From positions 20,408-84,407 of the forward strand of contig DHFX01000006.1 in the NCBI GenBank assembly GCA_002402455.1: DNA of 64,000 nucleotides, written 5' to 3'. The notes below the pieces were generated by a model. It was not told the origin of the DNA and did no database searches. It saw only the letters and a program-made list of their open reading frames with translations. The number at the start of each line of letters is the position of its first letter. Within the stretch, counting starts at the first letter, position 1. The position numbers and the translations under genes were made by a program. This DNA comes from Candidatus Dojkabacteria bacterium UBA4813. GTDB taxonomy: Bacteria > Patescibacteriota > Dojkabacteria > SC72. Positions 40,375-49,381 of the stretch are shown piece by piece.

Positions 40375-42189
40375 ATGATTGTACAAAAATTCAAGGATAA
40401 AATGTTTGTTTTAAGGAAAACTTTAGGGTTCATATATTCACATTACACCTTTGCGGCAATAGGAAGAGATATCCTGTTTATACTGTCTACGGGTGCGGAA
40501 ATTTATGGAATTACGGTTTTTGGTAGATTTATAGACGAAACAGCGAAGATCCTCTTAAATTGGAATGAGTTTGATCTGAATTCTTACTTAGGGACAGAGT
40601 CCTTCTATTATCTCCTTATGTTACTTCTTCTTTGGGTTGTACTACAGATATGTATACAAGGGAGAGAGTATCTTTATCATGTAATAAACGAGAATGTTTG
40701 GAAAGATTCCCAAAAGGAAATGTTAGCCAAGGTGTCTAGTGCAAACTTAGAGGATGTTGAAAAAGAGGAGTTTCAAGATTATTTAGTGTTTGTTCCCTCA
40801 TATTCTATAGCTAGAATAACCTCTGCATATGATAACTTCTCAACGATATTGAGTAATATAATTAGGTTTGCAAGTGCTTTTGTAATACTATTCGGAACGA
40901 TGGGTTGGACAGCCTTACTGTTATTCCTTTTCGTAATCCCCGAGACAATAGCTGTGCATATGAGGAGAAAAGAACTTAAAGCCTACAGGGATGAAGAGGT
41001 TGGCAGACTGAAGTTTCTTAATTATATCCAGAACTTAGGACTAGGGATTCCTAATTTTGCAGAATTGAGAGTTAATAATATATATTCCTACCTAAGAAGA
41101 AAATACAAAGAAGAATACCAAGAATTTGTACAGGGTTTGTTAAAAAAGTTGTTTGGCTTTTATACGGATAAAATATCTTTTTCAATCGTGGGTCAGTTCA
41201 TGAAATATGGTTATATAATTTATGTTCTGTCCATGGCTGTAGTCAAGAGATTATCTATAGGTACTTTTAAAGCACTTTATGACTATGTAGAAGTTATTTA
41301 TACCAGTACATTTAGAATCATAAACGCACTTTCTTTAATGTCCAACAATCTCGAATATGTAGATGAGTATTTTAAGCTAATTGACTACGAGGGTTTTGGA
41401 GATTACAAACATGGAGATATTAAATTAAAGAATGGAACACCATCCCTGGAATTCAAGAATCTAACCTTTGCATACCCAGATGATCCTGATACAAAGATTT
41501 TAAAGAATTTGAATATTAAGATAGAGCCCGGAGAAAAAGTTGCTTTCTTCGGTGGGGATGGTTCCGGAAAGACAACAACCGTAAAAATCTTAACAGGCCT
41601 ATACAGGGTTAAGGAAGACCAGTATTTGATAGATGGGTATGGGATACAAGATTTAGATAGGACGCAGTTAAAGCAAAAACTTTCGGTTATGTTCCAAGAT
41701 TTCATTCATTACCACTTTAGTCTAATGGAAAATGTTGTTATCTCAGGACAGAGAAAGAATGTAAATAAAGATCTTTATAAAGAGGTAATTGAAATTACTG
41801 GTGTTAAGAAGTTCAAAAAAGAGATTAACCTTGAAGATAAGAGTGTTCTAGGAAAGACATTCCCTTCGGGAAAAGAACTTTCTCCCGGATATTGGCAAAG
41901 ACTTTCCATAGCAAGAACACTTTACAGAAGTAAAAACGTATTTATTATGGATGAGCCATTTACCTTTATAGATGATATGTCTGCAAGAGAGATTCTTAAT
42001 GGGATTTTTGGATTTCTTGGAGAGGACAGATCCATGATCTATATTACTAGAAGCGTAAATCTTTTGAAAAACTTCGACCGTATATATTATTTTAACAAAG
42101 GTAGGGTTGTGGAATCCGGATCTTGGGATGAACTTATGAAAAAGAAAGGTAGGCTTTACTCGGAAATTAAAAACAAAGATGGTAAATAG
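40375..42189 (+). CDS. ABC exporter, fused permease/ATPase
   Basis: Six predicted N-terminal TM helices. Walker A GGDGSGKTT, signature LSPGYWQRLSIAR, Walker B IFIMDEPFT. Confidence 0.8.
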   Translation: MIVQKFKDKMFVLRKTLGFIYSHYTFAAIGRDILFILSTGAEIYGITVFGRFIDETAKILLNWNEFDLNSYLGTESFYYLLMLLLLWVVLQICIQGREYLYHVINENVWKDSQKEMLAKVSSANLEDVEKEEFQDYLVFVPSYSIARITSAYDNFSTILSNIIRFASAFVILFGTMGWTALLLFLFVIPETIAVHMRRKELKAYRDEEVGRLKFLNYIQNLGLGIPNFAELRVNNIYSYLRRKYKEEYQEFVQGLLKKLFGFYTDKISFSIVGQFMKYGYIIYVLSMAVVKRLSIGTFKALYDYVEVIYTSTFRIINALSLMSNNLEYVDEYFKLIDYEGFGDYKHGDIKLKNGTPSLEFKNLTFAYPDDPDTKILKNLNIKIEPGEKVAFFGGDGSGKTTTVKILTGLYRVKEDQYLIDGYGIQDLDRTQLKQKLSVMFQDFIHYHFSLMENVVISGQRKNVNKDLYKEVIEITGVKKFKKEINLEDKSVLGKTFPSGKELSPGYWQRLSIARTLYRSKNVFIMDEPFTFIDDMSAREILNGIFGFLGEDRSMIYITRSVNLLKNFDRIYYFNKGRVVESGSWDELMKKKGRLYSEIKNKDGK

Positions 42190-42245
42190 TTAAAGAAGCC
42201 CAATCTGTAGTTTTCCTTAATATAATGGTAAAATACGAGGCATAA

Positions 42246-43100
42246 ATGAAGATCATAGATGGAAAACGCACATCACAGAAGATACTAGATAATATCTCCT
42301 CAAAGATTGAGAGGGTTGTTTTAGACGGAGAAAAAGTCCCCAGATTGGACCTGATTTTAGTAGGAGATGATTTTGCAAGTGTTAAGTATGTTCAAATTAA
42401 AGAACAAAGGGCAAGAGAGTTAGGAATAGATTGTCAGACACATCACTTGAAGGAGGATTCAACAACTGAGGAAGTTGTAAATCTTGTTAAAACTCTAAAT
42501 GCCTTTAATGAAGTAGACGGTTTTATGGTTCAATTACCTCTACCTAGTCATATAGATACAAACGTTGTTTTGGAAAGTATAGAGCCGAGAAAGGATGTAG
42601 ACGGATTAACCTCAGTTAATTTAGGCAGACTCTTTCAGAATGACCCAAAAGCTATTCCTCCGGCAACTCCTCTTGGGATAATGAAACTCCTAGATGAATA
42701 CAAAATAGATGTATTCGGCAAAAGGGTTGTTATCCTCGGAGCTAGTAACATAGTAGGAGTTCCCCTAAGTGCCATGTTATTAAGAAGAGATGCTACGGTA
42801 ACTATATGTAACTCTAAGACTGCTAATATACAAGAAATTGCAAAGACAGCAGATATTCTAATATCCGCAACAGGAGTTCCTCTTTTAGTTAATTCGGAAT
42901 TTCTTAAAGAAGGGGTTGTTGTTATTGATGTGGGTTCAAACAAGCATCCAAAGACAGGGAAATTAGTAGGAGATGTGGATTGGGAAGATGTACAAGGGAT
43001 TCCTTCGTACATAACACCCGTTCCCGGTGGGGTTGGACCGATGACGGTAGCTTCTTTAATGCTAAACTTAATGAACTGCTATGAACAAAATAAAAGATAA
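42246..43100 (+). CDS. folD: bifunctional methylenetetrahydrofolate dehydrogenase/cyclohydrolase
   Basis: IIDGKRTSQKIL...LILVGDDFASVKYVQIKEQ and the GASNIVGVPLSAMLL Rossmann region. Confidence 0.85.
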   Translation: MKIIDGKRTSQKILDNISSKIERVVLDGEKVPRLDLILVGDDFASVKYVQIKEQRARELGIDCQTHHLKEDSTTEEVVNLVKTLNAFNEVDGFMVQLPLPSHIDTNVVLESIEPRKDVDGLTSVNLGRLFQNDPKAIPPATPLGIMKLLDEYKIDVFGKRVVILGASNIVGVPLSAMLLRRDATVTICNSKTANIQEIAKTADILISATGVPLLVNSEFLKEGVVVIDVGSNKHPKTGKLVGDVDWEDVQGIPSYITPVPGGVGPMTVASLMLNLMNCYEQNKR

Positions 43101-44334
43101 AGAGATATTTACATACCTAGAGGAAGAGAAAAAAAGGCAATTGGAAGGTTTAGAGCTAATAGCTTCAGAGAACTATGTGTCTGAGGATGTCCTTGCATGT
43201 ATGGGTTCCATTCTAACAAATAAATATTCCGAGGGTTATGTCGGAAAGAGATATTACAAAGGAAATCAGTATGTAGATGAAATAGAAAAATTAGCAATAG
43301 AAAGGGCTAAAGAACTTTTTAAGGCAGAGCATGTAAATGTACAACCATACTCTGGTTCTCCTGCTAATCTGGCTGTTTACTTTGCATTATTGCAACCAGG
43401 AGATAGGACTTTGGGAATGTCCTTAGATGCAGGTGGTCATTTAACCCATGGATTTAAGGTTTCCATATCCGGTAAATATTACAACTCTGCAAGTTATGGA
43501 GTTGACGACAGTGGTTACATAGATTACGACCAGGTAAGAAAATTAGCGAAAGAGCACAAACCAAAATTAATATGGGCAGGTTTTTCTGCGTATTCAAGAA
43601 TAATAGATTGGTCAGAATTTAGAAAAATAGCAGATGAAGTCGGAGCGTTTCTTGTTGCAGACATAGCCCATGTGGCCGGTCTAATCGCAGCAGGTGATTA
43701 TCCGTCTCCTGTAGGGATAGCAGATGTGGTTACTACAACCACTCATAAGACTCTAAGAGGTCCTAGAGGGGCTATGATTATGTCAAAGGAAGAATTCGGG
43801 GAGAAGATAGATAAAGCGGTCTTCCCAGGCCTTCAGGGAGGTCCTCACAACCATATAACAGCCGCCATAGCAGTTGCTCTAAAAGAAGCATCAACAAAGG
43901 AATTCAAACAGTATTCTAAGCAAGTTATTAAAAACGCAAAGGTTCTATCAGAGGAACTTATGAAAAGAGGTTACAAAATTGTTTCTGGAGGAACAGATAA
44001 CCATCTTTTCTTAGTAGATTTATCTAATTCAAAAGGTTTGAAAGACCTCGGAGGAGAGGAAGCATCTACCTTGTTAGAAGAAGCAAACATTACATTAAAC
44101 AAGAACGCTATCCCCAATGATCCCAGAAAACCATGGAATCCTTCCGGACTTAGAATTGGGACTCCTGCGTTAACGACTAGGGGAATGAAAGAGAAGGAGA
44201 TGTTTAAGGTAGCGGAATATATAGATACTGTATTAAAAAACAGAGATGATAAATCCCTAATTAAGAAAATAAGAAAAGACGTTAAACAGTTTGCCTCTAA
44301 GTTCCCAATTCCAGGGATAAATAGTAGAAATTAA
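43081..44334 (+). CDS. glyA: serine hydroxymethyltransferase
   Basis: LELIASENYVSEDVLACMGSILTNKYSEGY and the PLP-binding TTTTHKTLRGPRG. Confidence 0.9.
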   Translation: MNKIKDKEIFTYLEEEKKRQLEGLELIASENYVSEDVLACMGSILTNKYSEGYVGKRYYKGNQYVDEIEKLAIERAKELFKAEHVNVQPYSGSPANLAVYFALLQPGDRTLGMSLDAGGHLTHGFKVSISGKYYNSASYGVDDSGYIDYDQVRKLAKEHKPKLIWAGFSAYSRIIDWSEFRKIADEVGAFLVADIAHVAGLIAAGDYPSPVGIADVVTTTTHKTLRGPRGAMIMSKEEFGEKIDKAVFPGLQGGPHNHITAAIAVALKEASTKEFKQYSKQVIKNAKVLSEELMKRGYKIVSGGTDNHLFLVDLSNSKGLKDLGGEEASTLLEEANITLNKNAIPNDPRKPWNPSGLRIGTPALTTRGMKEKEMFKVAEYIDTVLKNRDDKSLIKKIRKDVKQFASKFPIPGINSRN

Positions 44335-44364
44335 ACTTTTAATAATAAACTTTCAATAACAAAA

Positions 44365-45960
44365 ATGAAGTTAAGCTTTAGAAAGGATTTACATATTGCT
44401 ACTTTAAGATCTGAATCTTCTTGGAATAGATTTAGGGTACAGACGTTGCTTCAAGATACAGAGAGAAAACAGCCATCTATTAATGCTTATCTGGGAGCAA
44501 GATATAGTAGGTCTGCGGATTCCATTTTAGATATAGCCTCTGAGATTATGAGGGAGAGTACGGATGCAGCGGAGAAGTTAGAAAAAATATTCGCAGGTTA
44601 TGGTCACAAATCTGTAGGAGATATGGCAGATCTTTTTGTCTGTTTAGAAAATGTACCAATATATCTTGAAACAAAAATGTTTTATTCTTGTCCGGTAATA
44701 TCTGGGCAAGGTAGGTCTACTAGATACCAGAACTTTCAAGATCCTAACTTCGTCAAAATTCCTAATGAGGTTTGTGATAACCACGAAGTTAGTAGAGAGT
44801 ATGAGAGGATAATGCTAAAGCAGATTAAAGATTACAGGGAGATGCTAGGTCCTACTAGAGATGCCCTTAAAAAATACTTTAGGATAAATGAGGAGAGTAG
44901 TCAGGAGGTTTCTGCTCTAAAGGCAAGGGCATTCGATACTACTAGGTATTTTTTACCGTATGGTTTGAGTACAAGTAGTGCTTATTTAATGTCAGCAAGA
45001 AGTTGGTCTGATGCCATCAGCTTTATGTGTGCAAGTGATACTGTGGTAGAAAATGAGGTTGCAAGTATGCTTCTTAATCTTCTAGGTGAATCTAAACTTA
45101 ATGCAAGGGGTTATATCAGAGAAGCAGATGGACTAATTAGGCATACGGATGCAAATTGTTGTAGAAAAAACTCAACAGAAAGAATTATTGAGTATATGAA
45201 AGAAAGTTTCTCTTCAGAGCAAAAGAGGGAGATTCCTGAGAGTGAAAGTTATTCTGTCAAGGTATCTTATTCTCCCGATTGTATGGAGTCTTTGGTCTCC
45301 CATTATGAATATTTAATAAACCCATTGGGTTCTAAAGAGGAGTTTGAATTCTCTGAGGAGGATCAGGAGAGATTTGGGGAAATAATATTTGAATTACATG
45401 ACCATCATAGCCAGCTTGGGAATATTGGTCAGTCTGGAGCAATAAAGATAGAGGGGTTTGCTTCACTTGGAACGCTAAAAGATCTTAATAGGCATAGGAG
45501 TTTTGAGAGGTTTATTCCTTTTCTACATGAGCAAGTGGATATGGATAAAGAGTTAGACAGGAGGAGTGACCAGTGTTTCTATCTTTGTAATTATTTGGAT
45601 ATAGGGTCTCTTTCTAAGGTTAAGAAGGAGTATATAAAGAGATTATCTGATACGTACGACAGGATAAAGGGTTGGAGGGAGATGGCAAAGCAACATCTTT
45701 CCAAAGAGGTGTGCGATGAATTTACAAAGTATTTGTTACCTCATGCGCATGCAACTAAGTATATATTTTACGGATCGTTCGATGATTTACAATATCTGAT
45801 AAACTTAAGAAGTAGAAATGGTGGACATATCTCTTATAGGGTTTTAGTCTACGAATGGTTAAGGAATCTCAACTATATTGATCCTATTTGGAGACCATTA
45901 TTAAGAAAGATTATAGAGCCAAGAATAGATGACAAGCATCAGTTTGTAGATAGGAGTTAA
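44365..45960 (+). CDS. thyX: flavin-dependent thymidylate synthase-like protein, apparent tandem (double) ThyX domain
   Basis: The first half carries GYGHKSVGDMADLFV...STRYQ, which aligns to the ThyX HGHETPFEH...SGRYS block but lacks the RHR motif. The second half carries NRHRSFERF (RHR) without the S-x-RY block. At 531 aa it is about twice the canonical ThyX length. Confidence 0.5.
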   Translation: MKLSFRKDLHIATLRSESSWNRFRVQTLLQDTERKQPSINAYLGARYSRSADSILDIASEIMRESTDAAEKLEKIFAGYGHKSVGDMADLFVCLENVPIYLETKMFYSCPVISGQGRSTRYQNFQDPNFVKIPNEVCDNHEVSREYERIMLKQIKDYREMLGPTRDALKKYFRINEESSQEVSALKARAFDTTRYFLPYGLSTSSAYLMSARSWSDAISFMCASDTVVENEVASMLLNLLGESKLNARGYIREADGLIRHTDANCCRKNSTERIIEYMKESFSSEQKREIPESESYSVKVSYSPDCMESLVSHYEYLINPLGSKEEFEFSEEDQERFGEIIFELHDHHSQLGNIGQSGAIKIEGFASLGTLKDLNRHRSFERFIPFLHEQVDMDKELDRRSDQCFYLCNYLDIGSLSKVKKEYIKRLSDTYDRIKGWREMAKQHLSKEVCDEFTKYLLPHAHATKYIFYGSFDDLQYLINLRSRNGGHISYRVLVYEWLRNLNYIDPIWRPLLRKIIEPRIDDKHQFVDRS

Positions 45961-46000
45961 GGTAGAGAATAACAACAAATTAAGTTTTTATGTGTAAGAT

Positions 46001-46564
46001 ATGATTCTTTCGGATAGGACAATAAAAGCCAAATTAAAGAGCAAGGAGATTGTAATAGAGCCTTTTTCGGAAGAGTTTTTACAGCCCGCATCTTATGATT
46101 TGCATCTAGATAAGTTCTTTCTTATTTTTAATAAGGAGAGTGTGGGGATAGTGGATGTTAAAGATAAGCCTAAAAATCTGATGAAGGAGATAGAGGTTGA
46201 TGAAAAGGAGGGTTTTATTATTCATCCAAGTGAATTTGTTTTAGCTAATGTTAAGGAGATTACGGGTGTTGACTCCAAGCATGTTGGTCGTTTAGAAGGA
46301 AAGAGCTCTTTGGGAAGATTGGGACTAATAGTGCACGCCACTGCAGGATTTTTAGACCCCGGTAACAAATTAAGGTTAACTCTTGAATTGGCAAATGTTT
46401 CTCCAATTCCAATAAAAATATATCCTGGAATGAAGATTGCACAGATAGCCTTTGAGACCTTAGACAAAGAGTGTGAGAGGCCATATGGCAGTAAAGATCT
46501 TAATAGTAAGTACCTAGGAGATCTTAGGGTTAAAGGTAGTGAAATATGGAGGAACTTTGAGTAA
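46001..46564 (+). CDS. dcd: dCTP deaminase
   Basis: MILSDRTIKAKL...IEPFSEEFLQPASYDLHL matches the Dcd/dUTPase-fold N-terminus, and the GRSSLGRLGL-type block is present as GKSSLGRLGL. Confidence 0.8.
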   Translation: MILSDRTIKAKLKSKEIVIEPFSEEFLQPASYDLHLDKFFLIFNKESVGIVDVKDKPKNLMKEIEVDEKEGFIIHPSEFVLANVKEITGVDSKHVGRLEGKSSLGRLGLIVHATAGFLDPGNKLRLTLELANVSPIPIKIYPGMKIAQIAFETLDKECERPYGSKDLNSKYLGDLRVKGSEIWRNFE

Positions 46565-46587
46565 TTCCTCCACACTTTCCATATTAA

Positions 46588-47730
46588 TTACATTGTTGGA
46601 GGTACGGGAGGGATCTCCTCTGGAGTATTATCTGTATCTTGGTTTTGTTGTGATGTTATTGGTGGCATATGTGGTTGTGGGCGTTCAGGCATGATATTCT
46701 CAGGGGTTTCCTGTTGTGGTGAAACAGAAAATCCTGTAGAGAAAGGAACATTCTGGTTAGGTTGTGGAGCCTGCGGAGTGCTATCTCCCATAGCTGTTGG
46801 AATAGAGGATTCCCTTTGAAGAATTTCCTGCAAATCCTCTTCTTGAGAGGCACTCGAAATTGGGGGGGTATTTTGTTGTGGAGGTGTGTATATGGGTTGT
46901 TCTGGTGTCGGTTGTGTATTTTGACTCATTGGTGTTGGGGGAGTCACTTCTGCTGGTGGTGGTGTGGTCTGTGTCGGTGCACTATTAGGATTATTTACCA
47001 TATCTCTGAGAAATGTTTCACTCTGTTGCTCCGGTTGTATTACGGGAGGAATCTGGTTTTGTTCTGCTTTCTTTACCTTAGGCTGTTTTGGTTCTTTGTC
47101 CTTCCTGAGCAGTAGAACCACTATGCTAATAAGTAAGATTACGGATCCTGCAATTAATATGTATGGTAAGTAGTTAGTTATACTGTCTAGTAAACTTGTT
47201 TTTGTTGTTGTAGTTGGTTGTTCTGTTGTTACAGCTGGAGTCTCCTGTACAGTTGGAGTTTCAGTAGCTGTCGGTTGTGTATCTTCTGTCGTGGATACAG
47301 TATTTGTTTGTTCAAAACTGACGGTTTCTCCCAGAGTAAGGGTACCAAGATCTAAATCGTCGGATTCAACCACTTCAAAAGTTGTAGGGGTATCTCCCGT
47401 GGAGGTAAATGCAATATTAGCCAGTACTCCATTTAGTGCTGTTGCTGAGTCCAATTTACATGTTACCAGTATGGTGTTTACAGTCCCTTGGGATTCGGTA
47501 TAACTTAACTCTGAACAAGCAACATCTCCGTCTGTAACATCCGTTATTTCAACACCGTCTGAATAGCTTATTGGAAGGGTAACACTTTCTAGGGTATCAG
47601 TCTCTGTATCTATCCCAATTGCTACATTCCCAGTTTCACCTTCTCTAAGTGTTATATTTACGGCAGCATATGTTGCGAACGGGAACATAAAGACAATAAA
47701 AGAGACCAAAAGGGAATATATTTTTTTCAT
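46588..47730 (-). CDS. single-pass surface protein: signal peptide, beta-rich ectodomain, Thr/Pro stalk, TM, Pro/Gln-rich cytoplasmic tail
   Basis: MKKIYSLLVSFIVFMFPFATYA signal peptide. A TTEDTQPTATETPTVQETPAVTTEQPTTTT stalk. TM helix LPYILIAGSVILLISIVVLLL. A ~170-aa P/Q/T-rich C-terminus. Confidence 0.5.
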   Translation of the reverse strand: MKKIYSLLVSFIVFMFPFATYAAVNITLREGETGNVAIGIDTETDTLESVTLPISYSDGVEITDVTDGDVACSELSYTESQGTVNTILVTCKLDSATALNGVLANIAFTSTGDTPTTFEVVESDDLDLGTLTLGETVSFEQTNTVSTTEDTQPTATETPTVQETPAVTTEQPTTTTKTSLLDSITNYLPYILIAGSVILLISIVVLLLRKDKEPKQPKVKKAEQNQIPPVIQPEQQSETFLRDMVNNPNSAPTQTTPPPAEVTPPTPMSQNTQPTPEQPIYTPPQQNTPPISSASQEEDLQEILQRESSIPTAMGDSTPQAPQPNQNVPFSTGFSVSPQQETPENIMPERPQPHMPPITSQQNQDTDNTPEEIPPVPPTM

Positions 47731-47860
47731 ATTAAAGGCAGTTTATATTATCTATCTTAAGGTTATCATGCAAAGTTTCTAATATCAATAGTGTGTGGTA
47801 AAAGTTTGACTTAATCGTGTTATAAAGATACACTTTACAAGTATATTAAACTGCCTAAAT

Positions 47861-49093
47861 ATGGAATATTCTAATAATTATAACCAAACAAATCACCCTG
47901 TTGTTAATGACAGTCTTGAGGAGAGTTTAATGGAGGTTAAGGCACTTGAGGTAAAGTTATCCTCTACAAATCTTCCGGAAAAGTTGAGAGAAGAGACAAT
48001 GGTGAGGGTGTCGAGGCTTGGAAGAATGTTTAAATTGGGTGGATATAGTGCAGAATTTGAAACAGTCAGTAAATATATAGACTGGATCACAAGGATTCCT
48101 TGGGGTGTAGTAAGTGAAGACAATTTGGATATCCATAGGGCAAGGGAGGTTATGGATGAAACTCATCATGGAATGGAAACTATTAAGGATTTGATTCTGG
48201 ATTATATTGCAACCATGCAATTACAAAGTGTTGGGGGAGTGGAAAGATTAAGAGGAGACGTTATCCCTTCGCAAGTGCAATATCAGAATAGTATCTCCCA
48301 AGTACCCCATAACAGACCAATTGGGCAAGGAGTTCAAATGGGAGTACTAAAAAGTCATGTGGCTAATGCTCCTGTCTTTCTTTTTCTGGGCTTGCAGGGT
48401 GTAGGAAAGACCTCTATTGCAAGGTCTATAGCTCAGTCTATGGGTAGGAAGTTTTCCCGTATATCTTTAGGGGCTATTGGGGATGTTAGAACACTAAGGG
48501 GAGCACCCCGGTATTCTCCGGATGCTGAACCTGGTCAAATAATTAAGTCTTTGGTTAGGTGCGGAACCATGAATCCGGTGATATTATTGGATGAGATAGA
48601 GAAAGCTAGTGGAAATAAAGGACTTCTTAGTGATATTATGGCTGCACTTCTTGAAATATTAGACCCTGAGCAAAACTCTACATTTGTAGATCACTATATT
48701 GATTATCCGGTAGACCTCTCTAATGTCTTCTTCATATGTACAGCGAATAATTTAGGTGGTCTTTCTGCAGCACTATTGGATCGTGTGGAAGTTATTCGTT
48801 TTACCAGTTACTCTGATCAGGAGAAGGAAGTAATTGGTAAGGAATATATCCTACCCAGAGTTCTTGAAGATCTTAACATATCTCCTGAATATATAAGGAT
48901 AGAGGAGGAGGTGTGGCCGTTGATAATTAGACCTGTTGGGTTTGATGCTGGTATTAGACAGTTAGAAAGGAATATTACAACGATTGTAAGAAGTGCAGCT
49001 AGAATGATTGTTGAAGGGAAGCCACTTCCTATCGTCATAAATAGCTCCAACCTAACCGATTATGTCCTAGCTGATCAGGGACCACTAAGTTAG
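47861..49093 (+). CDS. Lon-family AAA+ ATPase module lacking both the N-terminal substrate domain and the S16 peptidase domain
   Basis: It aligns by eye to E. coli Lon residues ~250-600: YIDWITRIPW, DETHHGMETIKDLILDYIA, Walker A GLQGVGKTS, Walker B ILLDEIEK, LDPEQN, LLDRVEVIRF. The ORF stops exactly where the Lon protease domain would begin, and a convergent gene follows. Confidence 0.7.
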   Translation: MEYSNNYNQTNHPVVNDSLEESLMEVKALEVKLSSTNLPEKLREETMVRVSRLGRMFKLGGYSAEFETVSKYIDWITRIPWGVVSEDNLDIHRAREVMDETHHGMETIKDLILDYIATMQLQSVGGVERLRGDVIPSQVQYQNSISQVPHNRPIGQGVQMGVLKSHVANAPVFLFLGLQGVGKTSIARSIAQSMGRKFSRISLGAIGDVRTLRGAPRYSPDAEPGQIIKSLVRCGTMNPVILLDEIEKASGNKGLLSDIMAALLEILDPEQNSTFVDHYIDYPVDLSNVFFICTANNLGGLSAALLDRVEVIRFTSYSDQEKEVIGKEYILPRVLEDLNISPEYIRIEEEVWPLIIRPVGFDAGIRQLERNITTIVRSAARMIVEGKPLPIVINSSNLTDYVLADQGPLS

Positions 49094-49123
49094 TTATTTT
49101 CTAGCAAGTTGATGATGAGAGGA

Positions 49124-49381
49124 TTATATTCCTCTAAATGGATTTGAAAGTCTCAGAGAGTCGGCAGCTTTTCTGACTTTAGAGCTCTCCATCCTTCTAG
49201 GAGTAGTTGATCTGTTTTGTTGCTTCTCTTCCGCTTTTGATAATAGGTAAAGGTCCATTCCTTTCTGGATTGGGTCTATCTTTTGAGGATTAACAGCTTC
49301 TGTTACTAGATAATTAGAGACTTCGACATTGTTATTGTTCGTATTAGAGTTGCTCATTCTTATCCTCCGGATAACTTTCAA
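49124..49381 (-). CDS. small Asn-rich hypothetical protein (85 aa), doubtful
   Basis: Overlaps the 3' end of the VirB4 gene by 38 nt in another frame and is low-complexity (NSNTNNNN). It may not be a real gene. Confidence 0.2.
   Translation of the reverse strand: MKVIRRIRMSNSNTNNNNVEVSNYLVTEAVNPQKIDPIQKGMDLYLLSKAEEKQQNRSTTPRRMESSKVRKAADSLRLSNPFRGI

Noticed and set aside
46762-47503. Plus-strand ORFs (117, 69, 70 aa) inside the surface-protein gene
   Set aside because: They are Cys/Trp/Gly-rich frames generated antisense to the Thr/Pro-rich coding repeats, so they are artefacts of low-complexity sequence.
47735-47860. Approximately 100-nt-spaced inverted repeat (aggcagtttatat ... atattaaactgcct) flanking the Lon-like gene upstream region
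   Set aside because: Only ~9 bp are perfectly complementary in an AT-rich region, which is compatible with chance. There are no target-site duplications or mobile-element genes.
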